A stretch of DNA of 64,000 nt, from the NCBI GenBank assembly GCA_963770895.1, contig CAVYRF010000001.1:64001-128000 (forward strand). Reading direction: 5' to 3'. The first letter of the stretch is position 1; each line of letters starts with the position of its first letter. The stretch is from an uncultured Acidobacteriota bacterium. GTDB taxonomy: Bacteria; Acidobacteriota; Thermoanaerobaculia; Multivoradales; UBA5704. The notes under the pieces were generated by a model that made no database searches, had not been told where the DNA came from, and saw only the letters and a list, made by a program, of their open reading frames with translations. A program made the position numbers and the translations under genes. Of this stretch, positions 40,391 through 50,582 are shown one piece after another.

Positions 40391-40656
40391 GCCACAAGCC
40401 TGGCACAAACCCCATCGCTTGGCTAGTACTTATGACACAGTAGTACTAGAGCATATATATGCAAAATCCTCACATAGAGGCGTCTTACTCAATTGGCCAG
40501 TGCGCATAGTTTAACACGAGGACTTTCCGCCCCCGGCACATTTCCCCGTCTTTGCCCTCTCTCGTCCCGCCGGCAGACTGATCGGAGTTCCCTGTAAACC
40601 AAGAGCGGCACTGCGTTGCCGCCGACCGCCGGTTACCTCCGGCAAGGAGACTTCCG

Positions 40657-40902
40657 ATGGAAAGCCAAGCTGAGACCCCTTCGCGCGTCCTCGTGCCCCT
40701 TGGAGTCGTGACCCTCACGCCGCGCACGGTAATGGTCCTGACCACCAGGGAGGCCGATTTCCTTGAATTCCTCGGCCGGCACCGGGCCGGCGATTGGGGC
40801 GAGGCGGCCGATGGCTATAGGGCCGAAAACGAGCAGTCCCTCCGCGATGGCTGTGAGCGAGCGTCGGAATCCGTCGAAATCCGAGCATGGGGTCGAGGCT
40901 GA
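40657..40902 (+). pseudogene. Truncated plasmid/ICE-type small protein (RH..GDWG family)
   Basis: PLGVVTLTP...FLGRHRAGDWG...ENEQSL; AAGGAG RBS. Confidence 0.5.
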
Positions 40903-40996
40903 GCTGTCAGCATCATCCCGCGCGTAGCGCGGCTGGTGGAGGGGGCACGGGGGAGGAGGGGCGAGGGGATATGCTGAGCAGAGCTGGGTAGAGAAA

Positions 40997-41026
40997 CGAA
41001 AGCCCCGGTAGGCGCCGGGGCTTTCG
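40997..41026. terminator. Intrinsic terminator-like hairpin
   Basis: CGAAAGCCCCGG-TAGGCG-CCGGGGCTTTCG. Confidence 0.65.
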
Positions 41027-41472
41027 CGTCGTTCCGCGACCCGCCGAAGCGAGCCTCGTCCCAACCGAGACAGTTGGAGCCTGGCACAGGCGGGCAGCGT
41101 TCGTCCAGTCCCCAGCGGCTGGAGGCGAGGTGCCTGCACTCGAGGTTCCGGTCCTTCATCCCCGTTTTTGCCGGCGGTGTGATCGTCCATTCGCCATCTG
41201 CTGTGGTTGCGACCATGGATACGCCTACGGTTCTCGGGCTTGCAGCGAGGCCGCTCGCCGGGAGCGGCACCGGGAGGCCAAGGAAGGAGAGGGCGCATGA
41301 AGCAGGACATTAGGACTTGGAGGACTTCAAAGGGTATCGCAGGAAGGGAACCGGATATACACTGCAAAGGCCCGCACCGCATAAAGAGTCATCTTCGTGT
41401 ACCCATTTCAATGTCCTCGAAGTCCTGATGTCCTGAGACTCAGGCTTTCGCTGTGTGCTACGCTCGCGAGCC

Positions 41473-42453
41473 ATGATCCTTGCCGTCGATGACTCGGGTT
41501 CCTTCGCTCAGGATTCAGAGAGGCTGAGCTTTTATGTAATGGTGCATTTCCGCCAACGCAAGACCCTCTACAAGTCGAAGCGCGCTGCCTTCGAGAGATG
41601 GCAAAGCACTCTCCCGGTGTCCCTAAAGAATGCTAAGGGGGAGATCAAAGGCTCCGCTCTTGCCGACGACCAATTGGAGATCTTCGCGAGAGAAGTCATG
41701 AGGGCGCACCCTTCCATCGGTATCACGCCGCTCGCCATCCGCCCATCCGAGAATCCGCCGGTCGTGGTCGAGAAACACCGCTCCGTGCAGCTTACGGGAA
41801 TCCGAGACGGGAGCCGCCTCTATGCGGAGCAAGGGAAGAAAGATCTTGCGCTGACCTATGAGCACTTCGGCAACTGGTATGCGAAGCTCAGCTACCCGCA
41901 ATACCTCAAGCTAAGCCTGCTCGGGCTCTGCATTACTTCCGGCCTGGTGAACACGGTGGGACACGCCGTCTCCGGCGGCTACGACGAGGAACTGCCTCGC
42001 ACAAGGTTTCTGTTGGACCGCGACTCTGTGAAGGGGCCGGAGCAAAATGCCTTCTGGCGCGAGGCGCTGCGAAGCCAGATCTTCAGCTTCACGAAGGACG
42101 ACCCTCTGCCGCTGCTCAATACGTGGAAAAGGAAGGGGCATCCCTTCCTCGCGAAATATGCGCCGCAGGGCCGCATCAACCTGAATGAGATGTTTTGGGC
42201 CTGGTGCTCATTCGTGGATTCGCACGAGCATTTGGAAATTCGAGTGGCGGATGCAGTAGCCGCTATCTTCTCGCGCTGCCTGAACGACGGAAGATGCCTA
42301 GCAGCCTACGATCTGATTGCGCCCTGCATCTTGAGGGACGGCAGGGTTCATCACCTTACCTTTCCTGACTTCGATCTCTCGGCGTATCGCCACAGGCGCG
42401 ACCGAAACCCATGGCTGAGGAGCAATATGGGTTCTACCCGACCAGAAGATTGA
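41473..42453 (+). CDS. DUF3800-like protein
   Basis: N-terminal VDDSG, EIKG, and C-terminal DSHEHLEIRVADAVA. Confidence 0.65.
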   Translation: MILAVDDSGSFAQDSERLSFYVMVHFRQRKTLYKSKRAAFERWQSTLPVSLKNAKGEIKGSALADDQLEIFAREVMRAHPSIGITPLAIRPSENPPVVVEKHRSVQLTGIRDGSRLYAEQGKKDLALTYEHFGNWYAKLSYPQYLKLSLLGLCITSGLVNTVGHAVSGGYDEELPRTRFLLDRDSVKGPEQNAFWREALRSQIFSFTKDDPLPLLNTWKRKGHPFLAKYAPQGRINLNEMFWAWCSFVDSHEHLEIRVADAVAAIFSRCLNDGRCLAAYDLIAPCILRDGRVHHLTFPDFDLSAYRHRRDRNPWLRSNMGSTRPED

Positions 42454-42478
42454 CAGGAATGACATATTTATGTATAAT
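42450..42478 (+). promoter_or_regulatory. Consensus sigma70 promoter
   Basis: TTGACA-17 nt-TATAAT. Confidence 0.8.
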
Positions 42479-42638
42479 ATGCCAGTGATCGTTCACCCTC
42501 TCGTGATTTGTTTGCCAGCGGCAGGATAGGGCTCTCGGAGTTATTCCCCCCGTCTTTCTGTCTCGCGATAACTTTTCGCCCGCGAAAAGTTTCGCCCTCT
42601 ACCGACGACCTTTCCCGCCGCCTATTCTTTGTGACGCT

Positions 42639-42959
42639 ATGTCTCACACTCACAGTCGGCCATTCAACTACTATCTCCGCAGCCACCGCCGGCACGCCCA
42701 TCTGACCCAGGCAGAGCTTGCCTATCTCTTGGGCGAGCACACCGGCACGAACGTTTCCCTCTATGAGACCGGGGCTCGCAAACCATCTTTGGATAAGGGC
42801 CTGGCCTACGAAGCCGCGCTCGGTGAGCCGGTTGCGAAGCTCTTCCGCGGCAGGTACGAGGAGATCCGTGATCTGGTCGAGGAGCGGCGGCGCAAGCTCA
42901 TGGCAGACCGGGAGAGGAGGCAGGCAAAGGTCAGCTCTGTGGTCCATTCCGCTGCCTGA
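42639..42959 (+). CDS. XRE-family HTH protein
   Basis: HRRHAHLTQAELAYLLG...VSLYETGARKP. Confidence 0.85.
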   Translation: MSHTHSRPFNYYLRSHRRHAHLTQAELAYLLGEHTGTNVSLYETGARKPSLDKGLAYEAALGEPVAKLFRGRYEEIRDLVEERRRKLMADRERRQAKVSSVVHSAA

Positions 42960-42960
42960 G

Positions 42961-43485
42961 ATGCCGAGCCTTCCGAAGAACGCCATCCTTCTCGCGATCG
43001 ACCCGACATCGAGGGGCCTTTCCTTCGCCGTCCTCGAAGCTCCCGCCTATCTCGTGAGTTGGGGCTCGCGGGAAGCCACGACCAAGACCGTCCTCAAAAA
43101 GCTGGACGAACTTTTGACCCAGTTCAACCCTGACGTGCTCGTGCTTGAGGATCTTGCCGCAGAGGGCGCTCGGCGCCGAGCGCGCGCCAAGCGCGAGATT
43201 CAAGCCATGGAGCTGCTCGCCTTCACTCGCGGGTTGCAGGTTGAGTGGGTCTCGCGGCTTGCCGTCCGCGATACGTTCGCGCCGGGAATGAACAAGTACG
43301 CGGTGGCGGTCCGACTCGCGGCGATTTTCCCCGACCTCGCGGAGCAGGTTCCCCGCAAGCGCAAGGCATGGATGCCCGAGGATTTACGCATGAACGTCTT
43401 TGACGCCCTGGGCTTCGCGGTGGCGCTCGTGGAACGCGCAGGCCAACACTCTTCAAGGCGCACGCATTCATCGCTAGGGAAATAA
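42961..43485 (+). CDS. RuvC-like (RNase H fold) nuclease/resolvase
   Basis: LLAIDPTSRGLSFAVLE, PDVLVLED, NVFDALGFA. Confidence 0.65.
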   Translation: MPSLPKNAILLAIDPTSRGLSFAVLEAPAYLVSWGSREATTKTVLKKLDELLTQFNPDVLVLEDLAAEGARRRARAKREIQAMELLAFTRGLQVEWVSRLAVRDTFAPGMNKYAVAVRLAAIFPDLAEQVPRKRKAWMPEDLRMNVFDALGFAVALVERAGQHSSRRTHSSLGK

Positions 43486-43529
43486 GCGGCATTCTTTCCG
43501 GGCAACGCACCGCCGCCGACAATGGAGCT

Positions 43530-44687
43530 ATGCCTGAGCATCTCTTCTTCTTCGCTCGCACCAACTACCGCGGCAATCGGCGCCTCTTTGGCATCCAGCG
43601 CGCTGATCGCCGCAGCCACATGTACTTGATCGGGAAGACCGGCACCGGCAAGTCCACCCTCCTTCAGACGCTTCTCCGGCAGGACATAGGGAACGGCGAC
43701 GGCTGCGCGGTTGTAGACCCGCACGGCGACCTGGTGGAGCGCCTCACCGCGTGGATACCGGAGCGGCGCCGATCGGATGTCGTTGTCTTCGATCCGGCGA
43801 CCGGTTCCGGCTTTGGGTTCAACCCCTTGGCCGCGGTTCCGCCGGGCAAGCGCTCTCTTGCGGTTGCCGGCCTGGTCGAAGTCTTCAAAAAGACGTGGCT
43901 CGACTCTTGGGGGCCGCGGGTGGAGCATCTCCTGCGCAATGCCCTCTTCGCCCTCCTCGAACAGCCAGAGGCCACCATGGGCGACATCGGGCGCCTTCTC
44001 CACGACCCCGGCTATCGCGAGCGCGCGGTAGAGCGGGTAACGAACAGCGCGGTGCGCTCTTTCTGGCGGGAGGAGTACGAGGAATACTCGAAGAGCCTCC
44101 GGGCAACGGTCGTCGCTCCCTTGGAGAACAAGCTCGGAGCGTTCCTCACCGACCCCGTGATGCGGCGGGTCCTCTCTGTACCAAGGGGCCTCGACCTGCG
44201 GCAGATCATGGATGAAGGCAAGGTGCTCCTCGTGAACCTCTCGAAGGGCAGGCTGGGGGAAGGACCGGCCATGCTCCTCGGCTCCCTCCTCGTCGCGCAT
44301 ATTTCCTTGCATGGCCTGGCCCGTGCGGAGACCGCGGAGGATAGCCGCAGAGATTTCTTTCTATACCTCGATGAGTTCCAGACCTTCGCCACCAAGAACC
44401 TGACCGCCATGCTCTCGGAGCTACGTAAGTACCGGGTCTCCCTGATCCTTGCGAACCAATACCTCGATCAGCTTGACCCGGAAATCCGGCACGCAATCCT
44501 GGGGAACGTCGGCACCCTCATTTCTTTCCGGGTGGGGCCGACCGATGCCCGTATCTTGGCGCAGGAATTCGCCCCGGAGTTCGAGGCGAGGGACCTCACC
44601 AATCTCCCGAACCACGAGATCTACGTGCGGCTCATGGTGGAGGGGACGGTGACGCGGCCCTTCAGCGGGGAGACGGTGAAGCTGTAG
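43530..44687 (+). CDS. Small VirD4/TraD-like ATPase
   Basis: GKTGTGKS Walker A, YLDEFQ Walker B. Confidence 0.9.
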   Translation: MPEHLFFFARTNYRGNRRLFGIQRADRRSHMYLIGKTGTGKSTLLQTLLRQDIGNGDGCAVVDPHGDLVERLTAWIPERRRSDVVVFDPATGSGFGFNPLAAVPPGKRSLAVAGLVEVFKKTWLDSWGPRVEHLLRNALFALLEQPEATMGDIGRLLHDPGYRERAVERVTNSAVRSFWREEYEEYSKSLRATVVAPLENKLGAFLTDPVMRRVLSVPRGLDLRQIMDEGKVLLVNLSKGRLGEGPAMLLGSLLVAHISLHGLARAETAEDSRRDFFLYLDEFQTFATKNLTAMLSELRKYRVSLILANQYLDQLDPEIRHAILGNVGTLISFRVGPTDARILAQEFAPEFEARDLTNLPNHEIYVRLMVEGTVTRPFSGETVKL

Positions 44688-44749
44688 TCAGAGCTACAAT
44701 AACTATCGATTATGGAGGCGCGCCGCTTATGCTGACCTAGCATGCCAGC

Positions 44750-45625
44750 TCAACTCTTCGTGAGGAAAGACAGCACTCCCTTGAGCGCATCGGGATAGCG
44801 ACTCGTCAGGGTCAACATTCGCTGTTCTATCTCTTCGAAGAGGAGGGTGCGTTTTCTAATTTGCTGCTCCAATCTGAGATCTTGCTCCAAGATGTTTAAC
44901 ACGGCGATAAGTCGGTCAGCAGAAATGCCTCCCAGCTTGATGATGACCTTCTCGTCAGTCGATGAAAGATGATCGGGCCTAATCCTCGTCGTCACGACGT
45001 AGGGTCCGTCATTGTAGTTCAGGCCCAATTTGTCGCAATAATATTTACTGCGAAGGGTATCGATCCCCTCGGCCGCTTCGAGGCTATCAGTCGAGTCCTT
45101 CGGTGCTTTGCGCCGAACCGTCGCGTTCGGCAATGCGTCTAGAAGCCAGATGGCTGCCTTCCGATCTCCGATCGCCGTACCAAAGCTCTGGAACGCGGCT
45201 TTTAAAGCGAATATCGCATCGAGGTCGTCTTTCTTTGCATCTTTACCTAGTGACAAAGTGGGAACCAAGAAGAGGGAGTAGGTCTGAAAATTGTCAGGAA
45301 TCGGTCGGTGCGGCTCAAGAGGTAGGGCGCTGGCCCCGCCACAATGTGGCCCCGAGCACCTCGCCGCAAGGCTCTCGAAATACCTGATAAAATAGTCAAC
45401 GCTCTCCAGCCAGGAGTCGCCAGTGATATCGCCTTTGTCGGCATCTTTGCAAAGCTTCTTGATCTTAGGTAGATCTTCCGCATGAAACTCTTCGGCTTGG
45501 TCAAGAAGCAATGCGCATTCGCGATGTATGTACTGAGCATCGGGGAGCGTATACATGGGGCCGTTCATCCGATCAATAACAGAGATCTGAAGGAGGGTAA
45601 GCGCCAAGAAATTTTTTAATAGCAT
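44750..45625 (-). CDS. Hypothetical protein
   Basis: 291-aa lower-GC ORF; start uncertain. Confidence 0.6.
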   Translation of the reverse strand: MLLKNFLALTLLQISVIDRMNGPMYTLPDAQYIHRECALLLDQAEEFHAEDLPKIKKLCKDADKGDITGDSWLESVDYFIRYFESLAARCSGPHCGGASALPLEPHRPIPDNFQTYSLFLVPTLSLGKDAKKDDLDAIFALKAAFQSFGTAIGDRKAAIWLLDALPNATVRRKAPKDSTDSLEAAEGIDTLRSKYYCDKLGLNYNDGPYVVTTRIRPDHLSSTDEKVIIKLGGISADRLIAVLNILEQDLRLEQQIRKRTLLFEEIEQRMLTLTSRYPDALKGVLSFLTKS

Positions 45626-45807
45626 TAGCCCTCCTCTTCGGGGCGCCTGATCCCTTTTACGAAGGTAACTACCAAGAAAAGTGCTAGCAGAAAGGCAATC
45701 AAAAAGAAGGTGCTAGCGAGCAGCGGGTCGCGGTTTAGCCCAATCTCGTTGCCGATCCACGCGAATACCACCGCGCAAAGAAAGGCGACGCGCTTTATAT
45801 TTTTCAT
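45625..45807 (-). CDS. Small two-helix membrane protein
   Basis: Two hydrophobic segments; abuts the next ORF. Confidence 0.5.
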   Translation of the reverse strand: MKNIKRVAFLCAVVFAWIGNEIGLNRDPLLASTFFLIAFLLALFLVVTFVKGIRRPEEEG

Positions 45808-46017
45808 CTGGCGCTACCCGAAAAGTCGAACTTTCCCCCTTGTGGACGTTCCGCGCCGCCCTTGCTAAACGAGGCGCGGCTCTCCACGCGACGACAGTGT
45901 GAAGCGATTTTAACCGTCTCCAATACAGCGTGGCAATGATATGCGGCAATTGCCACGGCTCTATGTGTGAGCCGATCGGCATTTCCGTTCGCGATGCCGG
46001 TTATACGGAACGGTCCT

Positions 46018-48699
46018 TCAGCGAAGAGACGGCGAGGCTGTCGGGGGAAAATTCCGACCGACCGGATTCGGAGGCGGCGTAGGCACGCGCTTCCGATACT
46101 CGGCCGCCTTCTCGCGATTGCCCGATGCATCGTAGAGCTGGGCAACGCGCTCAACGGCCTTCGGCCTATCAACCGGCACCGCCCGCCGGTAATAGGCGAG
46201 GAGCAACGGCTCGGCTTCCTGGAAACGCCCGATCTGTACTAGTGAGCTGCCCAAGTCAGCTCCGGTCGAGACCGTGAGGTAGGCGGACGCTCCCGCCCGC
46301 ACCTGCAAGATTCCGACCGCCTGCCGAAAGTGAGTCTCCGCCCCTTGGTAATTCTTCTGCTCGTAGAGGCTCTGTCCCTGCGCGCGCAGCACCGCGGCCA
46401 TAAGGCGGTCAGTCGGTTCGACCTTTTCGCGCGCAAAGGCATAGGCTTCGCCGATCAACCGGTCCGCCTCGGAGAATTCGTGGTCGGCCAGGAGTGCGAG
46501 CGCGAGCTGCACTTTGATCTTCTCGGTCGAGCGATGCTCTTTGCCAAGACCCGCCTCCGCAATCGCCAATGCCTCCCTGGAGGTACGCACCGCCGCTTTC
46601 ACGTCTCCCTTTAGCAGGTACAGGAGGCCAAGGTTATGCGTTGAGATAGCGACGCGCGGATGCAGCGGCCCGAGCGCGGCGCGGAACATGGCCGTAGCCT
46701 TCATCTGAAGACGCTCCGACTCGTCGAACAATCCCTTCTGCTGAAGAGCCGCCGCCACATTCGAATAGTCGTCAGCCACGATGGGATTGCGCTCACCGTA
46801 GATTTTCCTCCGCATGGCGAGGCATTCCCGAAGAAGCGGCTCGGCCTCGTCCGGCCGGTACATCGCCGTCAGAAGGCTCCCGAGGCCGCCGAGGGACTCG
46901 GCGATCGCCTCCGGGTTGGGGCTCGGCGCACTGCGGCGCAGGTCCAAGACGCGCCGCATGATCGCAAGCGCTTCGTCGTAGCGCGCCTGCTCGTCCGCCA
47001 TGATGCCGAGCTGCTGGAGGGTGTCGCCAATCCTCGGATCGCTCTGCGGGAGCCCCTTTTCGAAAACCGCGAGCGCGCGGCGGTAGGTCGCCTCCGCTTC
47101 GGCGAATCGCCCTTCCCCGCGGCGCAGCGTCGCCACTTGGTCGAGCGTTTCGCCGAGAAGCGGATCATCGTTTGCGAGGTGCTGGATCGCGAGCGCGAGA
47201 GCACGCTCCTGGGTTCCCGCTGCCTCCTTGAACAGGCCCATGTTCTGGTACATCTCGCCGATGCTGTTTAGGAGGCGAACCTCCGTCTCGGGCTCGTTCT
47301 TCAGCCGTCGCGGCAGCTCTTCGACCGCCTGGTCGAGAAGCTCCTTCGCGGTGGTCGCGCCGCGGAGGTTCTCGTGCGGGTTGGTGAGCTGGAACATTTC
47401 GATGAGCAGCGACGTGGTGGCCGCGGCGCGGGTAGCCTCGCGGGTGGCCTGGTCGCGTTCGCGCACCGTCTCCCGGTATTGCCGGAACCAGAGACCGAGC
47501 GACACGACGACAAGGACGGCGACGAGCGCCGCCACCGAAGCTGCGGCCCGGTTGCGCTTCAGGAACCTCAATGCCCGGTAGCCTCGCGCCCCGCCGCGGG
47601 CCTCGACGGGCCTGACGGCCAGGTGGTGCGCGACATCGTTCCCGAGGTCTGCCGCCGACTGGTACCGGCGGCCGGGCTCCTTGCGCAACGCCTTGGCGGC
47701 GATGGCGTCCAGGTCGCCGCGCAGGCGCTTTGCGAGTGCCGCCGCGTTCTTCGCGGGGGGAGGCGGCGAGTACGGAGCCGGAGCGTCACTTTCGCCGGCG
47801 CGCAGGGCAAGGTCGCTTACACGGGCGGCCTCCTCATGCAGGATCGCGTCGCGCAGTTCCGCGACCGTGCGTGCATGCCGGTATGGCAGCCGACCGGTTA
47901 GAAGCACCGAAAGGAGCACTCCCAAGGAATAGACGTCGCTCAAGGTTGTCGTCTCTTCTTGGCCGACCTGTTCCGGGCTCGCGAAGGGCAAGGTAAGGGG
48001 CGACGGTTCGCTGGCGCCGCTCCCGGCGGCGCCGACCTCCTTCGCGATGCCGAAGTCGAGAAGTTTCAGCTCGCTGGTCGCGGTCACGAGAATGTTCTCG
48101 GGCTTCAGGTCGCAGTGGATCACGAGCCGCTGATGGGCGTAGGCCACCGCCTCGCAGACCTTCAGGAAAAGCCGCAGCCGCTCCGGTACGCCGAGCTTCT
48201 GCCGCTCGCAGTATGCGGTGACTGGCTCGCCCTCGATGAATTCGAAGACAAAGTAGGGCAGGCCCTCCGGGGTCTCGCCGCTGTCATGGAAGGTCACGAT
48301 TGCGGGGTGGGTGAGGCCCGCGAGGCGCTTGTCCTGCGAGAGCCTTGCGGCGCGGGAGAAGAGCACTTTGAGCGCCACCCTCCGGTCGTTGTTCTTCGTG
48401 TCTCGCGCCTCATAGACCGCGCCCATGCCGCCGGCGCCGACTCGGCCCACCACAACGAAGTGGTCGATGTGGTCGCCTTGCTCGTAGTCCGGCTCCTCCG
48501 GCTCGTTGGGCAGGCCCAGGAGCCCCTTGAGGGCGCAGGTCGCGACGGGCGGGGCGTCGAGCAGGGCCTCGACCTCGCTGTGGAGTTCGGCATCGCCGCC
48601 GCAGGCCCGGTCGAGGAACGCCAGCCGGTCTTCGGCCGGAACCTGAAGCGCCTCCTCGAATATCCGCTTCACTTCGAGCCACCGTTTAAAAGGCGCCAT
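46018..48699 (-). CDS. Hanks-type Ser/Thr kinase with TM helix and C-terminal TPR repeats
   Basis: GAGGMGAVY, VALK, HCDLKPEN, DFGIAK, SPEQ, SDVYSLG; TPR array. Confidence 0.93.
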   Translation of the reverse strand: MAPFKRWLEVKRIFEEALQVPAEDRLAFLDRACGGDAELHSEVEALLDAPPVATCALKGLLGLPNEPEEPDYEQGDHIDHFVVVGRVGAGGMGAVYEARDTKNNDRRVALKVLFSRAARLSQDKRLAGLTHPAIVTFHDSGETPEGLPYFVFEFIEGEPVTAYCERQKLGVPERLRLFLKVCEAVAYAHQRLVIHCDLKPENILVTATSELKLLDFGIAKEVGAAGSGASEPSPLTLPFASPEQVGQEETTTLSDVYSLGVLLSVLLTGRLPYRHARTVAELRDAILHEEAARVSDLALRAGESDAPAPYSPPPPAKNAAALAKRLRGDLDAIAAKALRKEPGRRYQSAADLGNDVAHHLAVRPVEARGGARGYRALRFLKRNRAAASVAALVAVLVVVSLGLWFRQYRETVRERDQATREATRAAATTSLLIEMFQLTNPHENLRGATTAKELLDQAVEELPRRLKNEPETEVRLLNSIGEMYQNMGLFKEAAGTQERALALAIQHLANDDPLLGETLDQVATLRRGEGRFAEAEATYRRALAVFEKGLPQSDPRIGDTLQQLGIMADEQARYDEALAIMRRVLDLRRSAPSPNPEAIAESLGGLGSLLTAMYRPDEAEPLLRECLAMRRKIYGERNPIVADDYSNVAAALQQKGLFDESERLQMKATAMFRAALGPLHPRVAISTHNLGLLYLLKGDVKAAVRTSREALAIAEAGLGKEHRSTEKIKVQLALALLADHEFSEADRLIGEAYAFAREKVEPTDRLMAAVLRAQGQSLYEQKNYQGAETHFRQAVGILQVRAGASAYLTVSTGADLGSSLVQIGRFQEAEPLLLAYYRRAVPVDRPKAVERVAQLYDASGNREKAAEYRKRVPTPPPNPVGRNFPPTASPSLR

Positions 48700-48700
48700 C

Positions 48701-49276
48701 CTATTTCCTCCTGTCCGCACCGACGAGGTGCACGAGGAGCCTCCGCGCGGTGTCCCACTGCTCCCGGACTCTTCTGCGGGACAACCCAAGATCCTCTGCA
48801 ATCGCCCGCTCACTTAGCCCATCGAAGACCCGGAGCTTCACGATCTCGGCAAGCTCCGGGTCCTGCTCCTCGATGCTTGCCATGACCTCGAAGACGAAAA
48901 GGGTGGCCTCCGCGTCTTCGCGCAGGTCGGCGGGATGCGCCACTTGCTCCAGGGACACCTCTTGTTGATCGCCGCCGCGCTTGACGGCATCGGCCCGGCG
49001 GAGCGAGTTGATTGCGAGGTGCCTTATGGCCGCATGCGCATAGGCGAAGAACTTCTTCCGATTCGCGAGGTCCGGGAAGCGGTCGGCCAGATCAATGTAG
49101 AGCTCGTTCAGGAGGGCGGTCGGGGTGAGCGAACCGGCAGGGAGTCTCCCGAGGTGGTACTGGCACATGCGTTTCAGGGTCGAATAGAGGAGACCAATTA
49201 GCTCATCAAGACCCCCTCGGTCGCCCTCTCCGATCCGCCGGAGAAGGTCGGTGATGGTCCGTGCATCCTCGGGCAT
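48701..49276 (-). CDS. ECF-type sigma factor, kinase-associated type
   Basis: ITDLL...LTPTALLNELY...KRGGD...IVKLRVFDGLS..IAEDLGLS; coupled to the kinase gene. Confidence 0.88.
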   Translation of the reverse strand: MPEDARTITDLLRRIGEGDRGGLDELIGLLYSTLKRMCQYHLGRLPAGSLTPTALLNELYIDLADRFPDLANRKKFFAYAHAAIRHLAINSLRRADAVKRGGDQQEVSLEQVAHPADLREDAEATLFVFEVMASIEEQDPELAEIVKLRVFDGLSERAIAEDLGLSRRRVREQWDTARRLLVHLVGADRRK

Positions 49277-49595
49277 AAGCTGCACTCCCTCAGAGATTTG
49301 GCGCTTTCGCGTTCGGGCATCTTACGCTGGCACCTTCATGTCTTCAAGCGCATTTTCGCCCTCCGCTGGTCCAGCGTCCCGGCAAATCCACCTTCGGAGT
49401 CTGGACCAAAAGCACCTCGTTCCGCGCCTTCTATAGAGGAGGGGAACACACAACGACTCTGGATTGGTCACCGCTGTCGCCGTCGGCATTGCGCCATTTG
49501 GGAAGAGGCATCATACTTTACCTATTACTAACACGCATTTGGGGTTTTTCGTCGCCGACAGTCGCCGGCGAAACCATTAGAAGAGGACTAATCAC

Positions 49596-50582
49596 ATGAA
49601 CGAGCCGGTAAGTGTTCCCAAACCAGCCATTCCCCGATCGCCCCGACGGCTTTCCGTCTTAGTCGGGCTGATTCTTGGCGTTCTCTTGGTGGCCGGGGCC
49701 ATCGGCCTCTATGCGCAGCAGAAGGGGTCCGCTGCCTCTTCGCTTCAGCCTTCGTGCCTCACACCTCTCGTGGCATCGGAGTCCTCGACTTCTGCCGCGG
49801 AAGCGCAGGCATTGCTTCCAGTGATCCCACCTCAATCGAGTCCCGCCACGGGCGGATTTATAGGCGCAATGCCAGGCGAGCCCGCACCTAGCCCGGACCG
49901 CTTTCAAACAATCTTTGGGTATCACGGCCCCTACTACAACACCAGTAACCTCGACGGTCATCTCGTCGTTCTTACTCCATCTGTCTACACGTGGCCCACT
50001 GCCAGCTGGAAAGCCACAGGATTACTCCGCAATCAAACGCGCTGTCCTGTTCATGTGAACAACCTCTTCGCCAGCCTCATAGGGTCTCAAGGAGAGGTTC
50101 TCGCAACGGCAGCGGCAGAAGTCCCTGTAGCCGACCTAAGAGCCGGAGAGCCTGCGCCGTTTGTAATTCAGTCCCCGATACCAAGCAATCAGGTCAAGTC
50201 GGTTGATTGGCACATAGACTACGAATCAGCCCAAAGCCCATCGAGGCTTTTTGACCTTCAAATCTACAGGGCGCAGACAGACCCTGACGGTACCTATTCC
50301 CTCTTTGGACAGATTCGCAACGACGCTTCTGCAACCAGTTCGGCTCGGATTGTAGCAGCCTGGCTCGACCAAGAGGGCAACGGAAAAGTGCTTTACGTGG
50401 ACTCGCCACAAATGGTGTCCATCAGCGCCGGTGCTGTTAGCGCATCGCTGACCGCTGCGTTTAGCCCCACTACTACGCTAAGCGCAGGTGCTACCGACCA
50501 GTTTGAATACGACAACAGCGACCCCACCCTTGCTGCTCTCCTCGGGCAAGCGAGGCTGGCGCTCTGGGGGACTTCGAAGTGA
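49596..50582 (+). CDS. Membrane-anchored protein with FxLYD-like beta domains
   Basis: N-terminal TM helix; GLLRN...SQGEVLAT...LRAGEPAPF and a second similar unit. Confidence 0.65.
   Translation: MNEPVSVPKPAIPRSPRRLSVLVGLILGVLLVAGAIGLYAQQKGSAASSLQPSCLTPLVASESSTSAAEAQALLPVIPPQSSPATGGFIGAMPGEPAPSPDRFQTIFGYHGPYYNTSNLDGHLVVLTPSVYTWPTASWKATGLLRNQTRCPVHVNNLFASLIGSQGEVLATAAAEVPVADLRAGEPAPFVIQSPIPSNQVKSVDWHIDYESAQSPSRLFDLQIYRAQTDPDGTYSLFGQIRNDASATSSARIVAAWLDQEGNGKVLYVDSPQMVSISAGAVSASLTAAFSPTTTLSAGATDQFEYDNSDPTLAALLGQARLALWGTSK

Larger units (their letters stand above)
38696..40445 (-). mobile_element. IS701 family insertion sequence
   Basis: IR TACTACTGTGTCA; CTAG duplication at 38692-38695 and 40446-40449. 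Confidence 0.9.

Noticed and set aside
42961-43485. TnpB/Cas12-like RNA-guided nuclease
   Set aside because: Only ~174 aa, with no zinc finger, REC or WED region, no IS200/605 ends and no array; it fits a stand-alone RuvC-like fold better.
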